Shown: positions 1 through 8,026, counted from the first letter of the stretch. The stretch is DNA of 64,000 nucleotides from an uncultured Actinomycetes bacterium (GCA_963766705.1 CAVYBE010000008.1:35281-99280), one strand, 5' to 3'. Notes: generated by a model from the sequence alone, not told the origin. Translations and numbers: made by a program.

Positions 1-853
1 CGGTCAGGACGACGGCGTGCTCGCCGTAGTTGACTTCGATCGACCGCCCCGCGGGCGAGGTCCAGGAGGAGTAGGGGCCTTCGGAGAGCGCCACCCAGGC
101 AAGGACGGGACGACCGTGCAGGAGCGCGGCGTAGACCCGTTCCGGCGCGCCGCCGCTGAGTTCGGCCATCTTCAGGTCGTGGCGGGCGGCGAGGGCGCGG
201 ATCGGCCCCTGGTAGACGCCGAACCCGCCCGCCGGACCGCCACCGTCGGCGCGGCCGACGAAGCCGATGTTCGGGTCGCCCCAGATCTCTTCCCCGTGCG
301 GCCCCGTCTCCGGGTCGAGCGGCTTGGCGTGGGCGACCTGCCGCTGCAGGGCCAGCTGGTCGACCGGGTGGCCGGCGTAGCCGAGGACCATCGAGAGCGC
401 CGTCGCCTCGCAGTCGTTTTTCAGGCGCTGACCGATGAGCGGCACCTCGATCTTCACCGCCACCGGCTGCTCGGGCACGGTCACGGTGCCGCCCCCGGCG
501 CGCACCGCTCGGGTCAGCGCGGTCGCCGCCGCGCCGACGTCGACGTCGTAGGTGATCCGCGCCTTGCCGCTGTGTTCCACCCGCCGCGTCGGCAGCGAGG
601 CCAGCGCCCGCGCCTGCGCCCGCGACCCGGTCAGGGCGTGGACGTTGGAGCGCACCAGCGTCGTCGGGCCGAGCCGCACGGTGACGACCGAGGGCGGCGC
701 GCTCGCCCCTTCGCCTGCTCCGCCGCCGCTCCCGCCGCGCCCGAGCAGGAGCCCGATCGCGACCGCCGCGGCGGCGAGGGCTCCCAGCGCCGTGAGCCGC
801 CGGCGGCGGATCGCCGCCCGGCCGGCGCGTCGCCGGCCGGCGACGGTGCTCAT
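1..853 (-). CDS. C39-like cysteine peptidase domain protein, membrane-anchored (3' end runs off the left edge)
   Basis: Absent from the ORF track because it is open at the window edge. My reverse-strand translation from ATG at 853 is stop-free to position 1. It starts MSTVAGRRRAGRAAIRRRRLTALGALAAAAVAIGLLLG (basic N-terminus plus hydrophobic anchor). It then has IGQRLKNDCEATALSMVLGY (Q..N.C..TA..M pattern of C39-like/BtrH-type peptidase domains) and NYGEHAVVLT (candidate catalytic His). Its ATG overlaps the methyltransferase stop (ATGA, 850-853). Confidence 0.6.
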   Translation of the reverse strand, partial: MSTVAGRRRAGRAAIRRRRLTALGALAAAAVAIGLLLGRGGSGGGAGEGASAPPSVVTVRLGPTTLVRSNVHALTGSRAQARALASLPTRRVEHSGKARITYDVDVGAAATALTRAVRAGGGTVTVPEQPVAVKIEVPLIGQRLKNDCEATALSMVLGYAGHPVDQLALQRQVAHAKPLDPETGPHGEEIWGDPNIGFVGRADGGGPAGGFGVYQGPIRALAARHDLKMAELSGGAPERVYAALLHGRPVLAWVALSEGPYSSWTSPAGRSIEVNYGEHAVVLT

Positions 854-1659
854 CCCGGCTTGATCGCCGAGGCGATGCCCCCCTCGTGGGAGAGCGCCTC
901 GACCTCGACCGCGTCGAAGCCCGCTTCCAGCAGGGCGACTCGCCACCACTCCGGCCCCGCCGGGTGCTCGCCGCGGCCGGCCGCCATGCGCCCGACGTTG
1001 CGCAGGATTCGCATCCAGCCCGCCGGGCCGCGGCGCGCGATCGAGCGGAGCTTCGAGCCGATCACCTCGCGGTTGCGGCCGTCCGCCGGGCTCCAGCCGA
1101 ACATCATGTCGGCGAAGACGAAGCGCCCGCCCGGCCGCAGCACGCGGTGGGCCTCGGCGAGCGCCACCCGCTTGCCGGGGTCCTCGAGGTGGTGGAAGCA
1201 GTAGTTGGAGACGACGAGGTCGACGCTCTCGTCCGGCTGCGGCAGCGCCGCGGCCGAGGCCACCAAGGGGTAGACGTTGTCGATCCCCTGGCCGACCAGC
1301 GCCCAGCGCAGGTGCTCGATCATCGCCGGGGCGTAGTCGATCGCCCAGACGCCGCCGCAGGTGGGCGCCAGGGCCAGGGCGAGCAGCCCGGTGCCGCAGC
1401 CCACGTCGAGCGCCTGCTCGCCGTCCTCGGGCGCCGCCTTGGCGACGATCCGGTCCCGCAGGTCCAGGAAGCCCGGGGTGCGGGAGAGTTCGTCGGCCTG
1501 GCGCACGTGCTGGTCCCAGTTCTTGCCGCCCTGGTCCCAGCTCTTGCCTGGGATCGGCGCGGCGGCCGGGACGTCGGAGGCGCCGGCCGCCGCGCCGGGA
1601 ACGACGAACGAACCGCCGAGCCGGTCGTGGAGGCGCGGCGTTGCGTGCGGCTCATCCAT
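850..1659 (-). CDS. class I SAM-dependent methyltransferase
   Basis: 269-aa ORF. SAM motif I is ALDVGCGTGLLALALA, followed by WAIDYAPAM and LRPGGRFVFAD. RBS-like ggacggagg lies upstream of the ATG on the coding strand. There is a small internal duplication, GKSWDQGGKNWDQ. Confidence 0.85.
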   Translation of the reverse strand: MDEPHATPRLHDRLGGSFVVPGAAAGASDVPAAAPIPGKSWDQGGKNWDQHVRQADELSRTPGFLDLRDRIVAKAAPEDGEQALDVGCGTGLLALALAPTCGGVWAIDYAPAMIEHLRWALVGQGIDNVYPLVASAAALPQPDESVDLVVSNYCFHHLEDPGKRVALAEAHRVLRPGGRFVFADMMFGWSPADGRNREVIGSKLRSIARRGPAGWMRILRNVGRMAAGRGEHPAGPEWWRVALLEAGFDAVEVEALSHEGGIASAIKPG

Positions 1660-1766
1660 TCGCCCAGCCTCCGTCCGCGGGTTAAGCGGGACGTGAGATG
1701 ACGATGAGATAACCGGAAATGTTCGATTAGAAAGCCCTCATCCTTCGGCACGGCCGGCGTCCCCAC

Positions 1767-1828
1767 CCAGGTCGCCGCCCGCCTCATTCCCAAAGGCCGT
1801 ACACCAGGTCGCCGCCCGCCTCATTCCC
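1767..1828. repeat. 25-nt perfect direct repeat (period 37 nt) duplicating the stop-codon region of the 1821-4709 gene
   Basis: ccaggtcgccgcccgcctcattccc occurs at 1767-1791 and again at 1804-1828. The second copy contains the stop (tca, 1821-1823) and the last codons of the 962-aa ORF. Confidence 0.9.
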
Positions 1829-4709
1829 CGAGGCTGTAGGCGACCAGCGATGGCACCTGGCCTTCGGCGATGGCGATCCCGGCCGGGACGATCAGCGAGC
1901 CCCCCGAGGCGGTCATCCCCGAGTTCGAGCCGGCCGGCAGGGAGGCCGACCACACTTCGCCGCCGGTTTCGCCGTCCAGCCCGTAGAGGGTGCCGTCGAA
2001 GGTGGCGAAGAACACCATGTCGTTGACCGCGACGGGAGCGCCGAAGGCCGGCGCTTCGTAGGCCTCGTGCCACTTCACCTTGCCGGTGGCGATGTCGAGG
2101 GCGACCATTTCGCCGCTCATCCCTTCGCCTTCGCCGACCGTTTCTCCGTTTTCGACCGTCAGCGGGTGGTTGACGACCGGCACGAACAGCGTCGTCTTCG
2201 AGGCCGCCATCGGCGCGATCACGCCGCCCAGCAGGCCCGGGTAGACGAGCGCCTGCTTGGGCAGCTTGGACGTTTCGCCGCGCATCGCGAGCAGGCCGTC
2301 GTCGTCGTGGCCGTTGTGCTTGCCGACCGGCGTGCGCCAGATCAGCTTGCCGGTCTTCGCGTCGACCGCGGCGACGATCCCCGACTTGCCGGCGCCGATC
2401 GCCACCTCCCGGCCGCCGATCTTGGCCAGGATCGGCGGGTCCTGGAAGTCCCAGTCATACAGGCCGTGCGGCGTGGCCTGGTAGTACCACTCGAGCTTGC
2501 CGGTCTTCGCGTTCAGCTTGACCATCGAGTTGGTGTAGAGGTCCGGGCCGGGGCGGCTCTTCCCCCACGGCAGCCCTTCGGCGCCGGGGAAGGGGACCGG
2601 GTTGCCGGTCCCGATGTAGAGGCCGCCTTCTTCGTCGAAGGAGGGCGCGTACCAGACGCCGCCGCCCGCGTTGATGTTGCGGTGCTGCTTGGACCAGAGC
2701 GATTTCGGCACCGTGTCCCAGTGCCACTTTTTCTGGCCGGTCTTCGCGTCGAGCGCCCAGAGGACGCCGGCGATGCCGCCGTTGTAGGCGCTGCTGACGT
2801 CGGTCGGCACGGTCGAGATGTAGACGAGCCCGTCGTGGACGCCCGGCGACATGTCGATCGCTTCCTTGGGGACCGTGGTCAGTTCGGTCGACCAGACTTC
2901 CTTGCCGGTTTCGGCGTCGAGCGCGAACGCCTCGGTGGCCGTCGCCCCGAAGACCATCCCTTCGGCGACGGTGACGCCGTTGGGCCCCTGGTCGTTTTCT
3001 TCCAGCTTCGCTTCCCAGAGCGTTTCGCCGCTTTCCAGGTCGACGGCGAGGACGTTCGATTCGAGGTCCTGCATGTAGACGACGCCGCCGGAGACGACCG
3101 GCGAGGCGGCGTAGGCGCCGTAGGTGCTCTGGGCGCTGCTCGGGATTTCCCAGGCGAGCTTCAGGCCGGCGGCCGAGGAGCTGTCGATCGGGCCGCCGAC
3201 GAAGCGGGAGTTGGCGAGGTCGACGCCGGGGTAGGCGGCTTCCTTGCCGGCCGTCGCTTCGCCCGCTTCACCGCCGCCCGACCCCGAGGACGAGGAGGTC
3301 GAGGAGGAGCCGCCGCCGCAGCCCGCCAGCAGGGCGACGACGAGCACCGTCAGCACCGCCGCGGCGGCGCCGCGGCGCGCCTTGGTGAGCGCCGGCAGGA
3401 GCGGCGCCAGCACCCGGTTGGCGAGCAGCCCGAGACTGCCGAGATTGGCGAAGCCTGGGCCCTGGCTGAGGCCGGCGAGGCCGGGGATGTGCAGCCGCGG
3501 CTGCAGCCCGTCGAGCGCCAGGGAGCGGTCGAAGCGCAGCTCGGTCCCCGGCGGGCGGTCCCAGATCGGACCGACCCGGGCCTCCAGCTCGGCGCGAACC
3601 GGCTCGGCGAAGAGGCCGCGCAGCTGGGCCATCAGGTCGAAGCCGGTGCAGTTGACGACGTAGTCGTGGCGGGCGACGAGCGGCCCGGCGGCAGTCTCCA
3701 GCGCCAGGTCGATCCCCTCCCCCCGCGCCGCGGCGCCGGCGTGGACGGCGCGGCCGACCTCGAAGCCGCAGCGCTCCTCGCCGGCCAGGCGGGCGATCAC
3801 CGTCGCGTCGAAGACGCCACGGTCGCAGTGCTTGACGAAGTCCTGGCGGCGCTCGAGGTCGAGGCCCTCCCAACCGACGTCGTCGGGGTCGGCGAAGACG
3901 CGGTTCTCGAGGAAGCTCTCGCCGCGGCTCAGCGGCAGCATCGGCGTGTAGACGGTGATCCGCGCCGCGGGCCGCATCGCGCGCAGGAAGACGAGCGCCG
4001 AGAGGGCGCTCTCGCCGCCGCCGACGATCGCCACGTCGAGCTCGCCCTCGGCGGGCAGGCGGGCGAACTCGCCGCGCCGGCTGTCGCAGTGCAGGAGGCG
4101 CGGCTCGGCGGCCGGGTCGTGCGGGAAGGCGCGGTGGACGCCGGGACCGGTGAGCAGCAGGGCGCGCCCGGTGAGCCGGCGGGGCGGCGCGCCGTCCTCG
4201 CCCTCGACGTCGATCGCCCAGCGCTCCGCCGCCGCGTCGAGCGCGACGGCGACGACGCGGCCCCGCATCATCGTCACGCCCTCGGTCGCCCGCTCCAGCA
4301 CCCAGCCGAGATAGGTCCCGTAATCGCGGTGCAGGACCGGCGGCGAGCCGGAGTTGACCCAGGGCGCGTACTCGCCGCGTTCGATCGCGTGGCGCTGCCA
4401 GCTGAGTGGCAGGAGCGCGGCGTCGAGGCGGTCGCCGACGTCGGGGAACTGGCGCGAGCTGCGGTACGGGAAGCCGATGTCCTTGATCGGCGGCACGGCG
4501 AGCGGCTCCTCGCCGGAGGTCATCCCGTTCAGCCCCAGCCAGGAGGCGGCGGGCTCGGTCTTCTCGACGATCGTCACCGTCAACTTCGCCAACCCGAGCC
4601 GGTTCAGCGCGTCCACCTTGGCGGCGATCGCCGCCGCCTTCGCCCCCGCTCCGACGATCAGGAGATCCGCCGCTGCGGCCCCCTCCCCCCGCACCCCGTC
4701 ACCGCTCAT
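1821..4709 (-). CDS. in-frame fusion: FAD/NAD(P)-binding monooxygenase-like domain + lipoprotein-type signal/anchor + PQQ-like beta-propeller
   Basis: 962-aa uninterrupted ORF. The N-terminal ~430 aa have two dinucleotide-binding motifs (LLIVGAGAKAAAIAA and VAIVGGGESALSAL), as in SidA/IucD-type or PF13454-type flavoproteins. Next comes RRGAAAAVLTVLVVALLAGC (lipobox Cys codon at 3318-3320), a Ser/Gly linker, and repeated propeller blades (LAVDLESGETLW, FALDAETGKEVW, WALDAKTGQKKW, KLNAKTGKLEW, AVDAKTGKLIW, ALDIATGKVKW, YGLDGETGGEVW). An internal GTG at 3413 could start an independent lipoprotein. The ATG at 4709 overlaps the P450 stop (ATGA). Confidence 0.75.
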   Translation of the reverse strand: MSGDGVRGEGAAAADLLIVGAGAKAAAIAAKVDALNRLGLAKLTVTIVEKTEPAASWLGLNGMTSGEEPLAVPPIKDIGFPYRSSRQFPDVGDRLDAALLPLSWQRHAIERGEYAPWVNSGSPPVLHRDYGTYLGWVLERATEGVTMMRGRVVAVALDAAAERWAIDVEGEDGAPPRRLTGRALLLTGPGVHRAFPHDPAAEPRLLHCDSRRGEFARLPAEGELDVAIVGGGESALSALVFLRAMRPAARITVYTPMLPLSRGESFLENRVFADPDDVGWEGLDLERRQDFVKHCDRGVFDATVIARLAGEERCGFEVGRAVHAGAAARGEGIDLALETAAGPLVARHDYVVNCTGFDLMAQLRGLFAEPVRAELEARVGPIWDRPPGTELRFDRSLALDGLQPRLHIPGLAGLSQGPGFANLGSLGLLANRVLAPLLPALTKARRGAAAAVLTVLVVALLAGCGGGSSSTSSSSGSGGGEAGEATAGKEAAYPGVDLANSRFVGGPIDSSSAAGLKLAWEIPSSAQSTYGAYAASPVVSGGVVYMQDLESNVLAVDLESGETLWEAKLEENDQGPNGVTVAEGMVFGATATEAFALDAETGKEVWSTELTTVPKEAIDMSPGVHDGLVYISTVPTDVSSAYNGGIAGVLWALDAKTGQKKWHWDTVPKSLWSKQHRNINAGGGVWYAPSFDEEGGLYIGTGNPVPFPGAEGLPWGKSRPGPDLYTNSMVKLNAKTGKLEWYYQATPHGLYDWDFQDPPILAKIGGREVAIGAGKSGIVAAVDAKTGKLIWRTPVGKHNGHDDDGLLAMRGETSKLPKQALVYPGLLGGVIAPMAASKTTLFVPVVNHPLTVENGETVGEGEGMSGEMVALDIATGKVKWHEAYEAPAFGAPVAVNDMVFFATFDGTLYGLDGETGGEVWSASLPAGSNSGMTASGGSLIVPAGIAIAEGQVPSLVAYSLGE

Positions 4710-5992
4710 CCCACCATCACCAACCCCTTCTCTCCCGGACTGAAGGAGATCGACGCTTTGCGGACCCGCTCGTCGCGGCCGTCCACCGGTTGCAGGTCGA
4801 CCGCCGCCAGCACCTCGCGCAGAACCCGCTTCATCTCGAGTTCGGCGTAGCTGGCGGCGAGGCAGCGGCGCACGCCGCCGCCGAAGGGGATCCAGGTGTA
4901 GGTGCCGGCGGGCCGCTCGAGGAAGCGCTCGGGGCGGAAGCGCAACGGCTCGGGGTAGTGGCGCGGGTCGCGGTGCAGGAGGTGGATGCAGGGGGCGACG
5001 ACGGTGCCGGCGGGGAGGTCGTGGCCGGCGATCCGCATCGGCTCGCGCAGGCGGCGGACGACGACCGGGACCGGCGGACGCATCCGCAGCGTCTCCTTGA
5101 CCACGGCGTCGAGGTAGGCGTCGTCGGCGCCGGCGTCGAGGCTGGCGCGGCGGGCGCGGGCGAGCGTCTCCGGGTTGCGCAGCAGGCGCTCGAAGGTCCA
5201 GGCCAGCGAGGTCGAGGTCGGCCCGTCGGTGAGCAGGGTCAGCAGTTCGTCGCGCAGCTCGGCCTCGCCGAGCGGCGAGCCGTCCTCGCGGCGGGCGGCG
5301 ATCAGCATCGAGACGATGTCGGGGCTATCCGGGATCGGCTCGGAGCGACGGCGGCGGACCTCGGCGAGCGCCTCGTCCTCGACCGGGCGCATCGCGTGGC
5401 GGTAGCCGCGGCTGCGGCGCACCCATTCCGGGCCGAGGAGCGTCAACGCGGCGAGGTTGCGCGGCTGGTTCAGCCAGTCGGTCAGCTCGGTGAGCCGGCG
5501 GCGCAGGTCGTCGAGGCGGGGGTCTTCGGCGCGCGGGCCGAAGACGGCGCGCATCACCACCTCCTGGGTGATCCGCTGCATCCGCGGCCACAGCGCGAAC
5601 GGCTCGCCGGCCGGCCAGGCGGCGATCTCGCGGCGGGTGACTTCGCCGATCGTCTCCGCGTCGTTGGCGATCGCCTCGCCATGGAAGGCGGGCAGGACGA
5701 TGCGGCGGCGGCGCATGTGCTCGGGTTCTTCGGAGAGCATCACCGAGCGCGGCCCGAGCACCGGGCCGAGCAGCGGGTTGGCGAGCGCGACGCCGACCTT
5801 GTCGCCGGCGGTGAAGACCGTTTTGACGTCGGCCTCGTCGGCGAGCACGACCCAGTCACCCCAGTGGCGGATGCGCAGGGTGAAGGAGTCGCCGTAGCGC
5901 GCCCGGCAGCGCTCCAGCCAGGGCAGTGGGCGCCGCGCCCAGCCGAGCGCCTGCAGGGCCCGCGGCATCCGCGGCCCGGGCGGCAGGCTCAC
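4706..5992 (-). CDS. cytochrome P450
   Basis: 428 aa. Heme-thiolate loop FGGGVRRCLAASYAELE, EXXR region ETLRMRPPVP, N-terminal LPPGP. The GTG start at 5990-5992 overlaps the upstream stop (GTGA). Confidence 0.9.
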   Translation of the reverse strand: MSLPPGPRMPRALQALGWARRPLPWLERCRARYGDSFTLRIRHWGDWVVLADEADVKTVFTAGDKVGVALANPLLGPVLGPRSVMLSEEPEHMRRRRIVLPAFHGEAIANDAETIGEVTRREIAAWPAGEPFALWPRMQRITQEVVMRAVFGPRAEDPRLDDLRRRLTELTDWLNQPRNLAALTLLGPEWVRRSRGYRHAMRPVEDEALAEVRRRRSEPIPDSPDIVSMLIAARREDGSPLGEAELRDELLTLLTDGPTSTSLAWTFERLLRNPETLARARRASLDAGADDAYLDAVVKETLRMRPPVPVVVRRLREPMRIAGHDLPAGTVVAPCIHLLHRDPRHYPEPLRFRPERFLERPAGTYTWIPFGGGVRRCLAASYAELEMKRVLREVLAAVDLQPVDGRDERVRKASISFSPGEKGLVMVG

Positions 5993-6483
5993 GCCGACCT
6001 CACCCGGCCGGGCACACTTCCGCGCGCCCGGCCTCGACGCTTGTCTCCCTCTGGGCGGCAGGGGTCGGGGTCGGGTGCGGGTGCGGGGTTGGCGGCGAGG
6101 CGTTCCATCAGCTCGTCCTCGGCGCGGCAGGTGGCGTCGATCAGCAGGTCGAAGAGGCTCGCGGTGAAATCGTCCGGGAGGTCGACCTCGGCGCCGTGCT
6201 GCAGGTAGCGGGCGCGGACGACCTCGACCCGCCCCGGCTGCATCATCTGGATCTCGTGCTCGCTCTTGTGGACGGCGACTTCGCGGCAGATCTGGAAGCG
6301 CTCGCCGAGCAGGTCGACCAGCTGCGCGTCGATCTCGTCGAGCCGGGCGCGGAAGGGCGCCAGGCCCGCGGCGACCGTCTGCTCCTCGGCGGTCAGGCCA
6401 TTCGCGCCGACGGCCGCGGTGCGCTCCTCGCGGACCGCGGCGCGCTCCTCACGCGTCGCCGTGCGCTCCTCGCGGGGGCTCAT
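5989..6483 (-). CDS. AroQ-class chorismate mutase family protein (PapB/CmlD-like 4-amino-4-deoxychorismate mutase candidate)
   Basis: Only the last 164 codons of the 544-aa track ORF are credible. The ATG at 6481-6483 overlaps the deacetylase stop (ATGA). AroQ helix pattern: FRARLDEIDAQLVDLLGERFQICREVAVHK, MMQPGRVEVV, LFDLLIDATCRAEDE. The N-terminus carries REER-type heptad repeats and the C-terminus has a Pro/Arg-rich tail. Confidence 0.7.
   Translation of the reverse strand: MSPREERTATREERAAVREERTAAVGANGLTAEEQTVAAGLAPFRARLDEIDAQLVDLLGERFQICREVAVHKSEHEIQMMQPGRVEVVRARYLQHGAEVDLPDDFTASLFDLLIDATCRAEDELMERLAANPAPAPDPDPCRPEGDKRRGRARGSVPGRVRSA
6421..6478. repeat. 21-bp tandem repeat (about 2.8 copies) encoding REERxAx heptads at the mutase N-terminus
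   Basis: gcgctcctcgcggaccgcggc / gcgctcctcacgcgtcgccgt / gcgctcctcgcggggg. On the coding strand this translates to REERTATREERAAVREERTAAV. Confidence 0.8.
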
Positions 6484-7442
6484 ACCGGGTCCTCCCCGAG
6501 CAGGCCGGCGGCGAAGGCGTGGCTGCACGGCGCCAGCGCCTCGAGCGAGTAGCCGCCCTCCTGGATCACGCAGACCGGCAGCCCGGTGGCGGCGAGCAGC
6601 CGGCCGATCCCGGCGAAGACCTCCGGGCCGAAGTGCCAGCTGCCGTGCGGGTCCCCCTCGACCGTGTCGTAGCCGAGCGAGACGACCAGGGCGTCCGATC
6701 CGGCGGCAAGCTCGGTAAGGGAGGCCTCGACCTCGGCCAGGTAGGCGACCGGGTCCGGCGCGGCGGCGAAGGCGTGGGCCCGTTCGCGCGGCGTCCGCGG
6801 CAGCGCGGTGCCCGCGGCCACGTTGGTGACCGGCGCCGCGTGCAGCGAGTGGAGCGTCGCCGCGCCGCCCATCCGCTCGATCAGCTCGGCGGTGCCGTTG
6901 GGGTAGTGGAGGTCGAGGTCGAGGACCCCGACCGGCGCCAGCCCGCCCTCGCAGAGCGCCCGCACCGCCGCCGCGGCGTTGTTCAGGTAGCAGTAGCCGC
7001 CGATGAACTCGCGGCCCGCGTGGTGGCCGGGCGGCCGGCAGACCGCATAGGCGTACCAGTCGCCGGCCAGCAGCCGGTCGGCCGCCGAGAGCGCGGTGCG
7101 GACCGCCTCGCGGGCGGCGGCGACCAGAGCCGCGTTGACCGGGATGTCGGGATCGAGCCCGGGCGGGGCAAGCTGCGCCATCACGGTCGGCTCCTCGCCC
7201 GCGGCGGCGAGCGCGGCCAGGTGCGCGGGGCCGTGCAGCGCGGCGAGCGCCCGCTCGAGCTCCTCGTCGTCGGCGCTCGCCGCCACCGAGCGGACCCCGA
7301 AGTGGCGGCGCAGCCCGGCCCGCAGCGCGGCCAGCCGGGCGTCGGAGTCCTGCCCCGTGAGCCTCTCCTCGCCTTCGCGGATCCAGACCGAGCTGGTGTC
7401 GAGGCCGTTGGTGCGCTGCTCGACCATCACCATCTCGCTCAT
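6480..7442 (-). CDS. histone deacetylase / acetylpolyamine amidohydrolase family deacetylase
   Basis: Starts at MSEMVMVEQRT; the ATG at 7440-7442 overlaps the GNAT stop (ATGA). Family motifs are all present: CRPPGHHAG (tandem His), LDLDLHYPNGT (Asp/His metal ligands) and IQEGGY (catalytic Tyr). Confidence 0.85.
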   Translation of the reverse strand: MSEMVMVEQRTNGLDTSSVWIREGEERLTGQDSDARLAALRAGLRRHFGVRSVAASADDEELERALAALHGPAHLAALAAAGEEPTVMAQLAPPGLDPDIPVNAALVAAAREAVRTALSAADRLLAGDWYAYAVCRPPGHHAGREFIGGYCYLNNAAAAVRALCEGGLAPVGVLDLDLHYPNGTAELIERMGGAATLHSLHAAPVTNVAAGTALPRTPRERAHAFAAAPDPVAYLAEVEASLTELAAGSDALVVSLGYDTVEGDPHGSWHFGPEVFAGIGRLLAATGLPVCVIQEGGYSLEALAPCSHAFAAGLLGEDPV

Positions 7443-8026
7443 CGCAAAGCCCTCCGCATCCGCGGCCCGAGCAGCTCGAAGCCGTTGGCGAGGTAGAAGC
7501 GTTCGGTCGCGCGGAGCGCCGGGAAGCTCTCGCGCGGCAGGCCGACCTCGACCCGCTCCACGCCCTCTGCGGCCGCCGTGGCGGCCAGCGCGTCGACCAG
7601 GGCCGCGCCGACGCCGCGGCCACGAGCCTCGCGCCGCGTCCACAGCACCTCGATCGTCAGCAGCCGCCCCGCGACCTGGATCGCCCGCGCCCAGCTGGCG
7701 GTGAGCACGCCGACCACCTCCTCGCCCCCCGCCTCGCGTTCGCAGTTATCCGCGGTATGCGCGGAGAACTGCGAACGCGCCGGGGAGCGCGCCGGGATCG
7801 GGGCGCCGGCCGCGGCGACGAGGACGATGCCGAGGCTCGGGTCGGCGACGTGGGCGCGCGCCTCGGCCTCGAGCGCCTCGCGGGGCAGCGGGGTGGCGCC
7901 CAGCTCGCCGAGCAGCGCCGCGACCGCGGCGGCCACCGCCGGTACGTCCTCGGTACGTGCCGGTCGGACGTCCCAGCCGAGCTTCCCCGGCGCCGGCGCC
8001 GGGCCGCGCGTCGCCGCCCCGGTCAT
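7439..8026 (-). CDS. GNAT family N-acetyltransferase (with 16-codon repeat-element insertion)
   Basis: Starts at MTGAATRG; the ATG at 8024-8026 overlaps the pabAB stop (ATGA). Acetyl-CoA site RREARGRGVGAALVDAL, C-terminal FYLANGFE. The segment PARSQFSAHTADNCER is encoded by the palindromic element at 7738-7785. Confidence 0.8.
   Translation of the reverse strand: MTGAATRGPAPAPGKLGWDVRPARTEDVPAVAAAVAALLGELGATPLPREALEAEARAHVADPSLGIVLVAAAGAPIPARSPARSQFSAHTADNCEREAGGEEVVGVLTASWARAIQVAGRLLTIEVLWTRREARGRGVGAALVDALAATAAAEGVERVEVGLPRESFPALRATERFYLANGFELLGPRMRRALR
7738..7785. repeat. REP/MITE-like palindromic element, copy 1 (inside the GNAT CDS, in frame)
   Basis: gttcgcagttatccgcggtatgcgcggagaactgcgaacgcgccgggg. 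The arms gttcgcagttatccgcg and cgcggagaactgcgaac are near-perfect reverse complements. It matches 51999-52046 at 43 of 48 positions. Confidence 0.8.

Noticed and set aside
17-1204. 395-aa plus-strand ORF at the left edge
   Set aside because: Its Arg/Pro/Gly-rich low-complexity translation has no motif. It lies antisense to two minus-strand genes with clear motifs (C39-like peptidase and methyltransferase). This is a typical high-GC shadow ORF.
2067-4850. Long antisense ORFs: 2067-4850, 7957-10359, 28273-31197, 38784-40934, 50967-53477, 52157-54715, 58223-60871, 58390-60930 and similar
   Set aside because: All give repetitive R/G/P/A/D-rich translations without motifs. All lie opposite or out of frame to genes with strong family signatures.
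5989-7623. 544-aa ORF
   Set aside because: Only the last 164 codons (the AroQ mutase) are credible. The rest shadows the HDAC-type deacetylase, which has all of its catalytic motifs in another frame.
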